64,000 nt of DNA from Rhodothermales bacterium (GCA_963829705.1 CAWHJN010000003.1:381828-445827); one strand, 5' to 3'; positions 19,744 through 29,560 are shown, counted from the stretch's first letter. Notes: generated by a model not told the origin, from the letters alone. Program-made: numbers and translations.

Positions 19744-21558
19744 ATGGAACTCACCCCGCAGATGTACTGGGTGGTCGGGCTCGTCGTCGGCGCTGTGCTG
19801 CTCGTCGGGTTCGTCATCTCGCTCTTCAACAAGTTTCTCGTCAAGGCCGCGCCGGGGCAGGCGCTCGTCAAAACGGGCTTCGGGGCCGACGCGCCGCGCG
19901 TGTACCTGTCGAGCGCCTTCGTGGTGCCGCTTTTCAACCGTGTGGACACCATCGACCTGACGGTCAAAACCGTCCGCATCGTGCGGCGCAAGTACGAGAG
20001 CCTTTCGTGCGCCGACGGCATCCGGGCGGAGGTCGAGGTGGATTTCTACATCAAGATCAACTCCATCGGCGAAGACATCGGCCACGTCGCCACGACGATT
20101 GGCTGCGGCCGCGCGAGCGACACCGAGATCCTGCGCGAGCTGTTCGAGGCCAAGTTCGCCGACGCGCTCAAGACCGCCGGGGCCAAGCTCACCTTCGACC
20201 AGCTCTACCAGAACCGCCGCCTTTTCCGCGACGAGATCCTGAAAGCGCTGGGGCAGGAAGGCGAAGGGGAGGTCGTCCTCAACGGCTACAAGCTCGACGA
20301 TGTCGCCATCCAGTTTCTCGAACAGCTTCCGCTCGAGCAGCACAACGAGGACAACGTGCTCGACTCGCGGGGCCGCAAGGAGATCGCGCAGCGCACGTCG
20401 AGCGAGGTCGAGGCCGCCAACCAGCGGTTGCGGCAGAAAGAGGTGACGATTGCCGAGCAGAACCGCGAGGCGCGGCTGCGGCAGCTTCAGATCGAGCAGG
20501 ACATCAAGGAGAAAGAGGCGGCGCAGAAGCGCGAGATCCACGAGGCCGAGGCGCGCGAGGACGCCGCCACGCAGCGCACCGTGGCCGAGCAGGAGCGCAT
20601 GGCCGAGGAAGCGCGCATCCTCCGCGACAAGCAGGTGACGGTGGCGAACGAACTGAAGCAGCAGGAGGTGATGGCCGCCGAGATCGAGCGGCAGCGCGCC
20701 ATCGAACTGGCCGACGAGCAGAAGCGGCAGCAGGTGGAGCAGGCGCAGATCGCCCGCGAGCGCGCCATCAAGGTGGCCGAGCAGCAGAAGATTCAGGAGG
20801 TCGAGATCGCCCGCATCCAGCGCGAAGCCGCCGAGGCCGAGGCGCTGCGCGAGAAGCTGAAAATGCTCGAAGAAACGGCCCTCCAGGAAGCCGAGAAAAT
20901 CCGCGCCGAGGAAAAGGCGCAGACCGTGCGCGCGCTCGAAATCGCGCAGCGGCAGAAGTCCATCGAGGTCATCGAGGCCGAAAAGCGCGCGCAGGTGGAA
21001 AAAGCCATGCAGCAGGTCGAGGCCGACGTGTCGGCGTACGAGATCCGCAACCTGGCGCAGGCCCGGCTCGACGCCGCCGCGCTGGACTCGGAGGCTGCCG
21101 AGAAGCAAGCCCTCGCCATCGAGGTCGTCGGGCGGGCAGAGGCCGAGCGCGAGCGCCTGCGCCTCGACGCACAGAACGTCATCGGCGAACGGGCGCTGCT
21201 GGCGCAGACGCTTCAGCAACTCATCCCGCTGCTGCCGCAGCTCACAGCGGAACTGATGAAGCCCGCCGAGCACATCGATAGCATCAAGATCCTCAACGTG
21301 ACGGGCATGGGTGGGCAAGGCGACGGCGCGCCGCAGCCGCACCCGGTGGCGTCGGGCGTGCTGGGCACGATCTTGCAGACGGGCATGGCGTTGCCGGTGC
21401 TCAAGGAACTGCTGGGCGCGCTCCAGGGCCGCGACGGCGTGACGGACGTGGCGCACGCGCTGCGTAGCCTCCCCGGCGGCCCCGTGCTCGCCGACGCGCT
21501 GCAGCAAGGGCGCACCGCCACGCCCATCGGCGACGGAGCCGCGCCACCCGTCGCGTGA
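19744..21558 (+). CDS. Flotillin-family SPFH/band-7 protein (YqiK-like) with a long EA-rich coiled coil
   Basis: N-terminal transmembrane helix, SPFH domain (..LVKTGFGADAPRVYLSSAFVVPLFNRVDTIDL..), then about 250 aa of E/A/Q/R-rich coiled coil. Confidence 0.85.
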   Translation: MELTPQMYWVVGLVVGAVLLVGFVISLFNKFLVKAAPGQALVKTGFGADAPRVYLSSAFVVPLFNRVDTIDLTVKTVRIVRRKYESLSCADGIRAEVEVDFYIKINSIGEDIGHVATTIGCGRASDTEILRELFEAKFADALKTAGAKLTFDQLYQNRRLFRDEILKALGQEGEGEVVLNGYKLDDVAIQFLEQLPLEQHNEDNVLDSRGRKEIAQRTSSEVEAANQRLRQKEVTIAEQNREARLRQLQIEQDIKEKEAAQKREIHEAEAREDAATQRTVAEQERMAEEARILRDKQVTVANELKQQEVMAAEIERQRAIELADEQKRQQVEQAQIARERAIKVAEQQKIQEVEIARIQREAAEAEALREKLKMLEETALQEAEKIRAEEKAQTVRALEIAQRQKSIEVIEAEKRAQVEKAMQQVEADVSAYEIRNLAQARLDAAALDSEAAEKQALAIEVVGRAEAERERLRLDAQNVIGERALLAQTLQQLIPLLPQLTAELMKPAEHIDSIKILNVTGMGGQGDGAPQPHPVASGVLGTILQTGMALPVLKELLGALQGRDGVTDVAHALRSLPGGPVLADALQQGRTATPIGDGAAPPVA

Positions 21559-21590
21559 TCTCTTCGTTTGCCCCTCCCTCGACCCCGAGT

Positions 21591-22229
21591 ATGCCTTTCC
21601 GACTGCTTTCCCTCCTCGTGCTGCTGGCTGCCTGCGAGGCTCCGACACCGCCCGCTGTACCGGCTCCGCCCACGCCGTTACCCACCGAAACGACTGCGAT
21701 TTCCACCGACGACCGCGCCCTCGCCACAAAACCCGTCGCGCCGCTGCGGGTCGAGGGCGCGTGCCCGTTCGAGGGCTGCACGTACACGTCGTGGACGACG
21801 AGCGGCGAGACGGCGGTGTACGCGGTCGCGGGCGACACGTCGAGCACCGCGTTTATGCTTCCTGCGGGCACGCACATGGAGGCAGATCGCGGCTTCGTGC
21901 TGCTGACGCGCATCGGCGTGTACGTTGCCGACCGGCCCACCGAGGTATTCGTCACGGCGGACGAGACACACGCCGTGGCGGCGGGCGACACGCTGCTCGT
22001 GCTCGATTACGAGGGCGAAGGCAGCTACCGCGTCTGGCACGGCGGTGTGCTGGCGTTCTCGGGCGCAGGCGCCGACCTCCCCGTCCCCGGCCAAGGCACG
22101 CCCGCGCTGCGCCAGACCGTCGAACCCGCACAGCAGTGGTGGGCGCACGTCCACCTGGCCGACGGACGCGACGGCTGGCTGTGGATGGACGAGACGCCGC
22201 CTGTGGAGGGCGCCGATGCGTTTGGTTGA
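21591..22229 (+). CDS. Hypothetical lipoprotein
   Basis: Signal peptide with a lipobox (LLVLLAAC), start taken at MPFRLLSL. No recognised catalytic motif. Confidence 0.5.
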   Translation: MPFRLLSLLVLLAACEAPTPPAVPAPPTPLPTETTAISTDDRALATKPVAPLRVEGACPFEGCTYTSWTTSGETAVYAVAGDTSSTAFMLPAGTHMEADRGFVLLTRIGVYVADRPTEVFVTADETHAVAAGDTLLVLDYEGEGSYRVWHGGVLAFSGAGADLPVPGQGTPALRQTVEPAQQWWAHVHLADGRDGWLWMDETPPVEGADAFG

Positions 22230-22409
22230 ACGCCCGTCACCGTAGGGGTGTGGCGCGCTGCACCCCTACGGCACCGGCGTCTGGTTGGGGACACTTTCCG
22301 CAATTCGGATCCTGTTGGGGGCGCAAAAAAGCGCCCCTACATTGCCCTTCCGATCCGGGCGCAGCACGCTGCGTTCCTGCCCGTCACCCTTCACCCCTCT
22401 CCCTTCCCC

Positions 22410-22982
22410 ATGCGCGTTTTCCCTGTGCTCCTCGCCCTGCTCCTCGCCGCGTGCGCCTCACCGGACGCGCCGCCCGCCCCCACGCCACCGCCGCCCGCGG
22501 CCACGACGGTCTACCTCGTGCGGCACGCCGAAAAAGTGGACGACAGCGACGATCCTGTTTTGTCGGAGGCGGGCATGGCCCGTGCACGGGCGCTGGCGGA
22601 TTCGCTCGAAGGTGCGGACATCGACGCGATCTTCGTGACGCCGTTCCAGCGAACAGGCCTCACGGCGCAGCCGCTGGCCGAGCGGGTCGGGATCACGCCT
22701 GTCGTGGTGCCCGTCGAGGGTGGCACAGACAGCCTCACCATCCGCACGGCGCGGCAGATCCGGGCGTTGCCTCCGGGCAGCGCGGCGCTCGTCGTCGGGC
22801 ACAGCAACACCGTCGGGGCACTCGTCGAGGCGCTCGGCGGCCCGCCCACGGCCAACCTGCCGGACTGCGAGTACAACACGCTGTTCGAGGTGACGATGGC
22901 GGATTCCGTGCGCTTCGAAGCGTACACGTACGGCGCGGCGTCGGAGGGCGAGGAATGCGTGATGCCGCCGCTCGACCTGTGA
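22410..22982 (+). CDS. Histidine phosphatase superfamily (SixA / phosphoglycerate-mutase-like) lipoprotein
   Basis: Lipobox LLLAAC. The RHG catalytic motif is VYLVRHAEK, followed by SEAGM. Start at MRVFPVLL. Confidence 0.7.
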   Translation: MRVFPVLLALLLAACASPDAPPAPTPPPPAATTVYLVRHAEKVDDSDDPVLSEAGMARARALADSLEGADIDAIFVTPFQRTGLTAQPLAERVGITPVVVPVEGGTDSLTIRTARQIRALPPGSAALVVGHSNTVGALVEALGGPPTANLPDCEYNTLFEVTMADSVRFEAYTYGAASEGEECVMPPLDL

Positions 22983-23037
22983 GCGCGGATCGCGGGGCGC
23001 GCCCGTGTATCTTGGCGGTTTCCAAGCTTTTCCTGCC

Positions 23038-23307
23038 ATGACTTTAGGACGTGTCTCGGGCACCGTGTGGGCCACGCGCAAAGACGCGCAACTCGTCGGG
23101 ATGACGCTGCAGATCGTCGAGAACGTCGGGCTCGACGGCACGCCGACGGGTGGCTTCGTCGTGGCCGTCGACAGCGTGGGCGCGGGCGTCGGTGAACTCG
23201 TGCTCGTCGTGCAGGGCTCGAGCGCCCGGCTGACGGAGCAGACCAAAACGAAGCCCGTCGACGCCGTCATCGTCGCTATCGTGGACAACCTCGAAGTTAC
23301 AGGCTGA
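23038..23307 (+). CDS. EutN/CcmL/PduN-family bacterial microcompartment vertex (BMC-P) protein
   Basis: MTLGRVSGTVWATRKDAQLVGMTLQIVE...AVDSVGAGVGELVLVVQGSSAR...KPVDAVIVAIVDNLEV is nearly collinear with E. coli EutN (AIDNIGAGTGEWVLLVSGSSAR...PVDLCVIGIVDEVV). Confidence 0.8.
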   Translation: MTLGRVSGTVWATRKDAQLVGMTLQIVENVGLDGTPTGGFVVAVDSVGAGVGELVLVVQGSSARLTEQTKTKPVDAVIVAIVDNLEVTG

Positions 23308-23570
23308 TGCTGCTGGGAAAGGTCATCGGATGCGTGTGGGCCACGCGCAAACACGAGGCGCTCGCCGGGCAGCGGCTCTTGCTCGTGCAGGCCCTCGACG
23401 CCGATGGAAGTCCGCAGGGCACACCCTTCGCGGCGCTCGACACGATGGACGGCGGGCCGGGTGATACGGTCGTCTACGCCACGTCTGCCGAGGCAGGCAT
23501 TCCCTTCCGTCCACGCCTCGTACCCACGGACGCGACGGTGGTGGGCATCGTGGAAAAGGTGGATGGATGA
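23307..23570 (+). CDS. Second EutN/CcmL-family BMC-P paralog. Its start overlaps the upstream stop by 1 nt.
   Basis: MLLGKVIGCVWATRKHEALAGQRLLLVQALD....GDTVVYATSAEAG.....TDATVVGIVEKVD. Same fold family as the upstream gene. Confidence 0.75.
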   Translation: MLLGKVIGCVWATRKHEALAGQRLLLVQALDADGSPQGTPFAALDTMDGGPGDTVVYATSAEAGIPFRPRLVPTDATVVGIVEKVDG

Positions 23571-23746
23571 CTGGGGACTGGAAGAGGCCCTCGTTTTCGA
23601 GCGAAGACCAGCAGCACGCCTCGGTGACGTGGGCGCTGGTGGCAACAGACCCTTCGACTTTAGCCTACGGCCTCCGCTCAGGGTGACGCTTCCGGGAGGA
23701 TGCTGGGCAAGGAGAACTGGACTTTATCCCCGCTCGCACCTCGCAC

Positions 23747-23793
23747 CAAAAACAAACCGGCCCCCGCGCCAGAGCACGAGAGCCGGTCTTTTT
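23747..23793. terminator. Bidirectional stem-loop terminator (A-run, stem ACCGGCC..GGCCGGT, T-run)
   Basis: aaaaacaaaccggcccccgcgccagagcacgagagccggtcttttt lies between two convergent genes. Confidence 0.6.
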
Positions 23794-23814
23794 GGTCAGC
23801 CGTTGGCCCGGAAA

Positions 23815-24873
23815 TCAGGTGACGGCAGCTTTGGCTTTGTGGTAGCCGTGGCGGACGGCGTCCTTCACGTCGTCCCACGCACTGTCGTTGTCCTTGCCGT
23901 ACCGGCTGTCGTAGTCGGTGCGAAGGTCGCGCTCGACATCGGTGTAGTCGCGGTCGCGGTACGTGTTACCTGCCGCGTAGCCATATTCGTAGGCCGGGCG
24001 GTAGTAATCGTAATCGCGTCCGGCGGTGGCATAGGCCGTGTCGTAGTGCTGGCGGAAGCCGGTTTCCATGCCGCGCAGTTCGGCCGTGTCGAGTTTTTCG
24101 ACCTCGATGCGCGTGCGGCGCACGTCGCCACCGACGGTTTCCTGGTGCGTCTCGACGTTTTTGCCAACAGTGACTTCGCCTGTCACGCGCGTCTCTTTCT
24201 CGACGATGGCTTCCTCGGCGCGTTCGACGAGTTCGATGGTCTTCTCCTCGAAGGCATCGTCCACCTCGCCCGGAGCCACCACGCGGTCCACACGCCTGCG
24301 GTCCACGTCTACGTGCTCCTCACGCAGTTGCAGCGTCTCCTCGACGCGCTCGGTATCCACATACTTGTGGACGCGCACGCCGCCGCGGACGACTTCGCGC
24401 TTGCCGATCTTGAGGTTTTCCTCGATCTCCTGCAACCGCTGCTGCCGCTGGTCGGCGAAGCGCTCGCGCTCCTCGAGGCGTTGTTTGTCGGTGTAGGCAT
24501 CTGCCGAGTGGTCGTAGTCGGTGAAGCCTTCCTGCTTGTAGGCGTTCATACGGTCTTCGTAGCGCACCGGGTTGCCGCGCGCCATGATGTCTACCGCCTT
24601 GTCGGCGTCGTTGTCGTGCGCCCTCGTGATGACGAGCGTGCCGCCGCGGCGGACGGCCTCGGCGTAAAAGTGTGATTCGTTGTCGTCTACCTCGAAGCGC
24701 GAGAGCGTGTCGAGGAGCGAGTTGGGGTCGTCCATCTCGTAGCCGGTGCGGTTGGCGGTGTCGTGCGTGGCCACCTGGAGGTGGGCGTCGCCGAAGCCGG
24801 CGTCTTCGAGGTTTTTCACCACCGCTCGTGCAGTGCTGAGGTCGTCATAAAGTCCTACGATGGTCTTTGCCAT
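23815..24873 (-). CDS. General stress protein with YflT-like N-terminal and YsnF/DUF2382 C-terminal domains
   Basis: N-terminus MAKTIVGLYDDLSTARAVVKNLEDAGF.. plus repeated charged blocks and a DUF2382-type C-terminal half. Tyr/Asp/Arg-rich tail. Confidence 0.65.
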   Translation of the reverse strand: MAKTIVGLYDDLSTARAVVKNLEDAGFGDAHLQVATHDTANRTGYEMDDPNSLLDTLSRFEVDDNESHFYAEAVRRGGTLVITRAHDNDADKAVDIMARGNPVRYEDRMNAYKQEGFTDYDHSADAYTDKQRLEERERFADQRQQRLQEIEENLKIGKREVVRGGVRVHKYVDTERVEETLQLREEHVDVDRRRVDRVVAPGEVDDAFEEKTIELVERAEEAIVEKETRVTGEVTVGKNVETHQETVGGDVRRTRIEVEKLDTAELRGMETGFRQHYDTAYATAGRDYDYYRPAYEYGYAAGNTYRDRDYTDVERDLRTDYDSRYGKDNDSAWDDVKDAVRHGYHKAKAAVT

Positions 24874-24928
24874 GGTACTGGTTTGTTTTTGTTGGGTTTA
24901 ACGAATAGAGTTGGACAGGGGGCTGTCC

Positions 24929-25486
24929 TTACGGGGTGGGCGGAAGCGGCGTGCGCTCGACTTCCACGTGCGTCCGGCGCAGCGTGACTTCTTGCGGATC
25001 GCGCGTTTCTTCGCGCCGCCGGACGATGCGGACCTCCTCCCGTAACAGGAGGCGCTTTTCGACGACGAGCACTTCTTCGTACACCGGGACGACGATCGTA
25101 TCGCCTTCGTGGCGCACCGGAAGGCGCTCGTCCACGTACGTGCCGATGGGCACGCGGTCGATCTCGATGGTGTCGCGCGAGAGCGGCTCGTCTACAATCT
25201 GGGTTTCTTCCTCGACACGCGTGCTCACGCGCACCCGGGCGGTGTCGCGGGTTTCGGTACGTACACGGAGATGCTCCTCGGCCTCGGTGAGCATGGCTCG
25301 CCGTAGTTCGTCGAACGAGAGGTCGGCTCGGTAGCATTCGCCGTCCTCCCGGACGAGGGCAGTAGGCACGTCAATGCGCGTCCCGTCGTCGAGGCGCAGC
25401 GCGTGGGAGGCTGTCTGCGCCGGAGGGTCCTGGGAAAATGCGGCACGCTGGCCGTCGCGGTCGATGACAGGGCGGGAGGTGTTCAC
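24929..25486 (-). CDS. DUF2382 (YsnF/AvaK) domain stress protein
   Basis: Paralogous to the C-terminal half of the downstream gene (..VRVRTETRDT..VEEE..VVEKR..REEVRI..). Confidence 0.55.
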   Translation of the reverse strand: MNTSRPVIDRDGQRAAFSQDPPAQTASHALRLDDGTRIDVPTALVREDGECYRADLSFDELRRAMLTEAEEHLRVRTETRDTARVRVSTRVEEETQIVDEPLSRDTIEIDRVPIGTYVDERLPVRHEGDTIVVPVYEEVLVVEKRLLLREEVRIVRRREETRDPQEVTLRRTHVEVERTPLPPTP

Positions 25487-26046
25487 GCGCGTGTCTGGCC
25501 ATAGGTGTACCCGTATTCGACAGCGGCGCGATCATCGTCGTACGTGCGATCGGGGTAGCGCGTGGCGTAGTCACGCTGCAAGTCCGTCTGCGCGTCGGCG
25601 TAGGAGCGGTCGCGGAAGGTTTCGTGCTGGCCGCGTTCGTAGCCGTAGGTATAGGCGGGCGCGTAGCGGTCGTAGTCATCGCCGCCGTAAGTGGTGGCGT
25701 AATGCTCACGGAAGGCGTCGGCGTAGGCGTCGGAGTCGAGTTCGCCGACATGCTCACGCCGGACGACGTGGCCGTGCTCGAACACCGTCACGGACGCGCC
25801 CGCTTCCTCGTCGGCGGGTGCCGTGAGGTAGACGACGCCGTCGCCAATGGACAGGTCACGGGCAGGATACTCGGTCCCATCCTCGAGCGTGACGGCGTCC
25901 ACACGCTCTTCGTCGGTGTCCACGATCATGTCAGAGACGCGCCCCACCTCGTTGCCGTCGGCGTCGAGGGCTGTGAAGCCACGCACGTCTTGCTCGTCGA
26001 ACTTAAGTTGCCAATCGTCGGTGGTGCTGAGGGGAATGCGGGACAT
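25483..26046 (-). CDS. PRC-barrel domain protein with a Tyr/Asp-rich tail
   Basis: PRC-barrel-like N-terminal segment (DVRGFTALDADGNEVGRVSDMIVDTDEERVDAVTLEDG). Its stop overlaps the start of the next gene. Start at MSRIPLS. Confidence 0.55.
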   Translation of the reverse strand: MSRIPLSTTDDWQLKFDEQDVRGFTALDADGNEVGRVSDMIVDTDEERVDAVTLEDGTEYPARDLSIGDGVVYLTAPADEEAGASVTVFEHGHVVRREHVGELDSDAYADAFREHYATTYGGDDYDRYAPAYTYGYERGQHETFRDRSYADAQTDLQRDYATRYPDRTYDDDRAAVEYGYTYGQTRA

Positions 26047-26258
26047 GGGGGAATCTGGGATGGGTGAACAGAAATGGAAGCACCAGGCGAGCGGTGCGGG
26101 TAGGATTCCGGTGCGTGGTACCCAATGTCCGACCGGCGACCCAAAGGGGTTGATCCGACCGAATCTGACCGATCCGGCAAGAATGGCGAACAGAACCACA
26201 GCGTAACACAACCTTCTGTCTTGCAACGGCTTAACGGTCCAACCATCCCCCCGCACCG

Positions 26259-27146
26259 ATGATCGAATCCGATCCTTTCGTGCTCTCCCTGCGCGGTCGC
26301 GTGCTCGACTGCCGCCCTTTCGCCGGGCCGCTCGCCTCGGCGGGCGCGCACGTGATGGGCATCCTCAACATCACCCCGGATTCGTTCTCGGACGGGGGCC
26401 GGCTGGCGACGGTGGATGCCGCGCTGCGGCAGGCCGAGGCGATGCTCCGCGAAGGCGCGCTGCTGCTCGACGTGGGCGGGGAGAGCACCCGCCCCGGCGC
26501 GCCTGCCGTGGACGAGGACGAGGAAAAGCGGCGCGTGCTGCCCGTCGTCGAGGCGCTGGCGGCGCGCTTCCCCGACGCGCTGCTGTCCATCGACACGTAC
26601 AAGCCGGGTGTCGCCGAGGCCACGCTGGAACGCGGCGCGCACCTGATCAACGACGTGACGGGCCTGCGCGTACACCCTGAGATGGCGGGCGTAGCGGCGC
26701 GCTTCGGAGCCGGGATCGTGGTGATGCACGCGCTCGGGCGCACGGGCGGCCCGGCAGGACCGTCGGAGTACGGCGAGGTCGTCGAGGACGTCGCCGCGTC
26801 GCTCGGCGCGTCGGTGGCGGTTGCCGCAGCGGCGGGCGTGGCGAGCATCGTGGTGGACGCGGGCTTCGGATTCGGAAAATCGCCCGCGCAGAACATGGCA
26901 CTCGTCGGCGCGACGGGCGTGCTGCGCGAGCGCCTGCGCCGCCCCGTGCTGCTCGGCGTCTCGCGCAAAAGCACCATCGGCGCGTTGCTGGGCCAGCCCG
27001 GCATTCCCGCACCCGTCCACGAGCGCCTCTACGGCACGCTCGGCGCGACGGCCCTCGGCGTGCTGCGCGGCGCCACGCTCGTCCGTACCCACGACGTGCG
27101 CCCGACGGTGGAGATGCTGCGGGTGCTGGCTTCGGGGGTGGGGTAG
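26259..27146 (+). CDS. folP: Dihydropteroate synthase
   Basis: VMGILNITPDSFSDGG...DVGGESTRPGA...DTYKPGVA. Classic FolP. Confidence 0.9.
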   Translation: MIESDPFVLSLRGRVLDCRPFAGPLASAGAHVMGILNITPDSFSDGGRLATVDAALRQAEAMLREGALLLDVGGESTRPGAPAVDEDEEKRRVLPVVEALAARFPDALLSIDTYKPGVAEATLERGAHLINDVTGLRVHPEMAGVAARFGAGIVVMHALGRTGGPAGPSEYGEVVEDVAASLGASVAVAAAAGVASIVVDAGFGFGKSPAQNMALVGATGVLRERLRRPVLLGVSRKSTIGALLGQPGIPAPVHERLYGTLGATALGVLRGATLVRTHDVRPTVEMLRVLASGVG

Positions 27147-27269
27147 CGCAGAATGGAAGCAGGTACAGGGTACTTCGAACCCCATGCCTCAGCATACCAG
27201 TCAACAGCGAACGCAGTGAGCCCCTCCTTCCCCGTCGTACTTTGGCGCTGATCTTCAGCCCTGCCGCCC

Positions 27270-28076
27270 GTGACTCTGTTCGAATGGCTTTTCGACATCA
27301 TCCGCCCGGTGGATGTGCTGGAGATCGCGCTGGTGGCGTTTATCCTGTACCGCCTCTACCGCCTCATGCGCGGCACGATTGCGGTTCAGATCGCGCTCGG
27401 GCTGCTGGCGCTCTTCGTGGTGCAGGTGGTCGTGGCCGCGCTCGACATGACGATCCTGACGGCGTTCTTCTCGTCGCTTTCGGGCGTGTTCGTCATCGCC
27501 ATCATCGTGCTGTTCCAGCCCGAACTGAGGCGGCTGCTGCTGTTGCTCGGCCAGAATCCCCTCATCCGCAACCTCATGCGCCCACAGGCCGCCTACGACG
27601 TGCTCGACGAGGTCGTGGCGGCGGCGGTCGAGATGAGCGCGCTGCACATGGGCGCGCTCATCGCCTTCGAGCGCACCACGGGCCTGCGCTCCTACGCCGA
27701 GACGGGCACGCTGCTACGTGCCAACCTCGACCACGAACTGCTCGTCACCATTTTCTATGGCAAGAACCCCCTCCACGACGGCGCGGTGATCGTGCGGAAC
27801 GGCCTCATCGAAGCCGCCCGGTGCATCCTGCCCGTCACGCAGCGCATCGACCTCGACGCCCAGCTCGGCCTGCGCCACCGGGCCGCCATCGGCCTGTCGG
27901 AGCAGACGGACGCCTTCGTGATCGTGGTGTCGGAGGAGACGGGGCAGATCTCGGTGGCGTGGAACGGCGAGCTGTTGCGCAACCTCACGGGCGAATCGCT
28001 GGGCGCGTATCTTAGCGAAGCCCTCGGCATCGAGCGTGCCGACGACCGGCCGGAACTGGTGAGCGAGAACGTGTGA
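27270..28076 (+). CDS. cdaA: Diadenylate cyclase (c-di-AMP synthase) CdaA
   Basis: Three N-terminal transmembrane helices plus a DisA_N (DAC) domain (DGAVIV....RHRAAIGLSEQTDAFVIVVSEETGQIS). Confidence 0.9.
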   Translation: MTLFEWLFDIIRPVDVLEIALVAFILYRLYRLMRGTIAVQIALGLLALFVVQVVVAALDMTILTAFFSSLSGVFVIAIIVLFQPELRRLLLLLGQNPLIRNLMRPQAAYDVLDEVVAAAVEMSALHMGALIAFERTTGLRSYAETGTLLRANLDHELLVTIFYGKNPLHDGAVIVRNGLIEAARCILPVTQRIDLDAQLGLRHRAAIGLSEQTDAFVIVVSEETGQISVAWNGELLRNLTGESLGAYLSEALGIERADDRPELVSENV

Positions 28077-28158
28077 CGAGGCGCGCGCCGTTGGCTGAGG
28101 GTTGGTTTGTTGATGGTGGACCAACCCTGCCAACCAACACACCCAACTCCCCCGGTCC

Positions 28159-28803
28159 ATGCAGGACGAGGATCTGTATTACACCCGGCGGCGCAAAGCG
28201 CTGCTGAACGAACTCCGCAAAAAGGGCATCGAGAACGAGCACGTGCTCGCCGCGCTGGCCCGCGTGCCGCGCCACCGCTTCGTGGACACCGCGCTGCGCC
28301 ACCGCGCCTACCGCGACGAGGCCCTGCCCATCGGCCTCAACCAGACCATCTCGCAGCCCTACACCGTCGCCTACCAGACGTCGCTGCTCAAGGTGCAGCC
28401 GGGCGACCGGGTGCTGGAGGTCGGCACGGGCAGCGGCTTTCAAGCCGCCGTGCTCGCCGAGATGGGCACGCGCGTGTTCTCCATCGAGCGCCACGAAAAG
28501 CTCTACGTGCAGACGACGGCGCTGCTCGAAAAGATGGGCTACCGCATCGAGACGCGCTGCGGCGACGGCACGCTGGGCTGGCCCGAGAAGGCTCCCTTCG
28601 ACGCCATCCTGGTGACGGCGGGCGGCCAGCACGTGCCGCAACCGCTGCTCGACCAGCTCCGGCAGCCGGGCGGCAGGCTCGTCATCCCCGTCGGTTCCGC
28701 CGAGCAGCAGACGATGCTCCGCATCACCCGCACCGGGCCGGACACGTTCGAGCAGGAAGCCCTCGACGCCTGCCGCTTCGTGCCGCTCATCGGCGAGGGA
28801 TGA
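28159..28803 (+). CDS. pcm: Protein-L-isoaspartate O-methyltransferase
   Basis: QTISQPY...VLEVGTGSGFQAAVLA. Canonical PIMT. Confidence 0.9.
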   Translation: MQDEDLYYTRRRKALLNELRKKGIENEHVLAALARVPRHRFVDTALRHRAYRDEALPIGLNQTISQPYTVAYQTSLLKVQPGDRVLEVGTGSGFQAAVLAEMGTRVFSIERHEKLYVQTTALLEKMGYRIETRCGDGTLGWPEKAPFDAILVTAGGQHVPQPLLDQLRQPGGRLVIPVGSAEQQTMLRITRTGPDTFEQEALDACRFVPLIGEG

Positions 28804-28829
28804 GCAAGGCGCGCCAAAGTACACCCGAG

Positions 28830-29560
28830 ATTGGCAGTAATTTCACGAATATGCAGATGCCTTGGCGCCACCACCGAAGGTCTCGAATCATCACAAACAA
28901 ACTTCACGAGCCATGAAGACCCTATCTGTCCTCCTTGCGCTGCTGCTACCCTTATTCTTGGATGTGGCACATCAACCCCGCCCATAATTGAGATGACGCT
29001 ACCAAGATTGCTTTTATCTCAGAATATTTCAGCAGCGTGAACGATCTCACAAAATCGACTCGTCTCTCAATGCATTATTAGGTACAGACTTCATCTTTTT
29101 AATCAGTGGCGCAATACTTACTCTTCCAACCCGGATATGACACCTTTAATAGGCAAAAATTCTTCACTTGTCACCAATTCAGAATATGCCAACGTTTCGT
29201 CTCGAAAATCTAAACGGGTTTCTGAATCTCCTTTTCCATATTATATAAGTAGATGGGATAGCACATCCGATTCCTGTCAAGGCCAACGTGAGGCGGATGT
29301 AAGACTGAAAAGCACACTGTCCACGCGCCGCGTCACGGTGTATCCGGTGCTGACGTGCAAAGCCGAGATTCAATGGAGTCCATTCGTCCGCAACGCCGTG
29401 GTGGAATGGGATCTGACACTGACAAGTAAGCAGGCGACAGAAGTCGCTATCAAGTCGGGCGAGCGTTTGTCTACCGCCAGTTCACCCATGACACTGCTGG
29501 ACACAACGAGTTGGTACAGCGCGACAGGTGCGGATTCCCTCTATTTCTTTCTACAGCGCC
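28830..29560. other. Lower-GC island (about 45% against about 67% background) with no credible gene
   Basis: Composition drops sharply after the pcm stop. The only ORFs (29137..29574 +, 29179..29373 -) have no protein-like features. A 24-codon ORF at 28913..28987 (MKTLSVLLALLLPLFLDVAHQPRP) is the only peptide-like reading. Confidence 0.5.

Noticed and set aside
20400-21150. Highly repetitive E/A/Q/R-rich segment that might be mistaken for a tandem DNA repeat or CRISPR-like periodicity
   Set aside because: It is the coiled-coil region of the flotillin gene. The periodicity is at the amino-acid heptad level, not a direct nucleotide repeat with spacers.
26259-26354. Possible N-terminal over-extension of folP (31 aa before the conserved VMGILN)
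   Set aside because: An internal start near 26355 is possible but cannot be decided from sequence alone. The longest ORF was kept.
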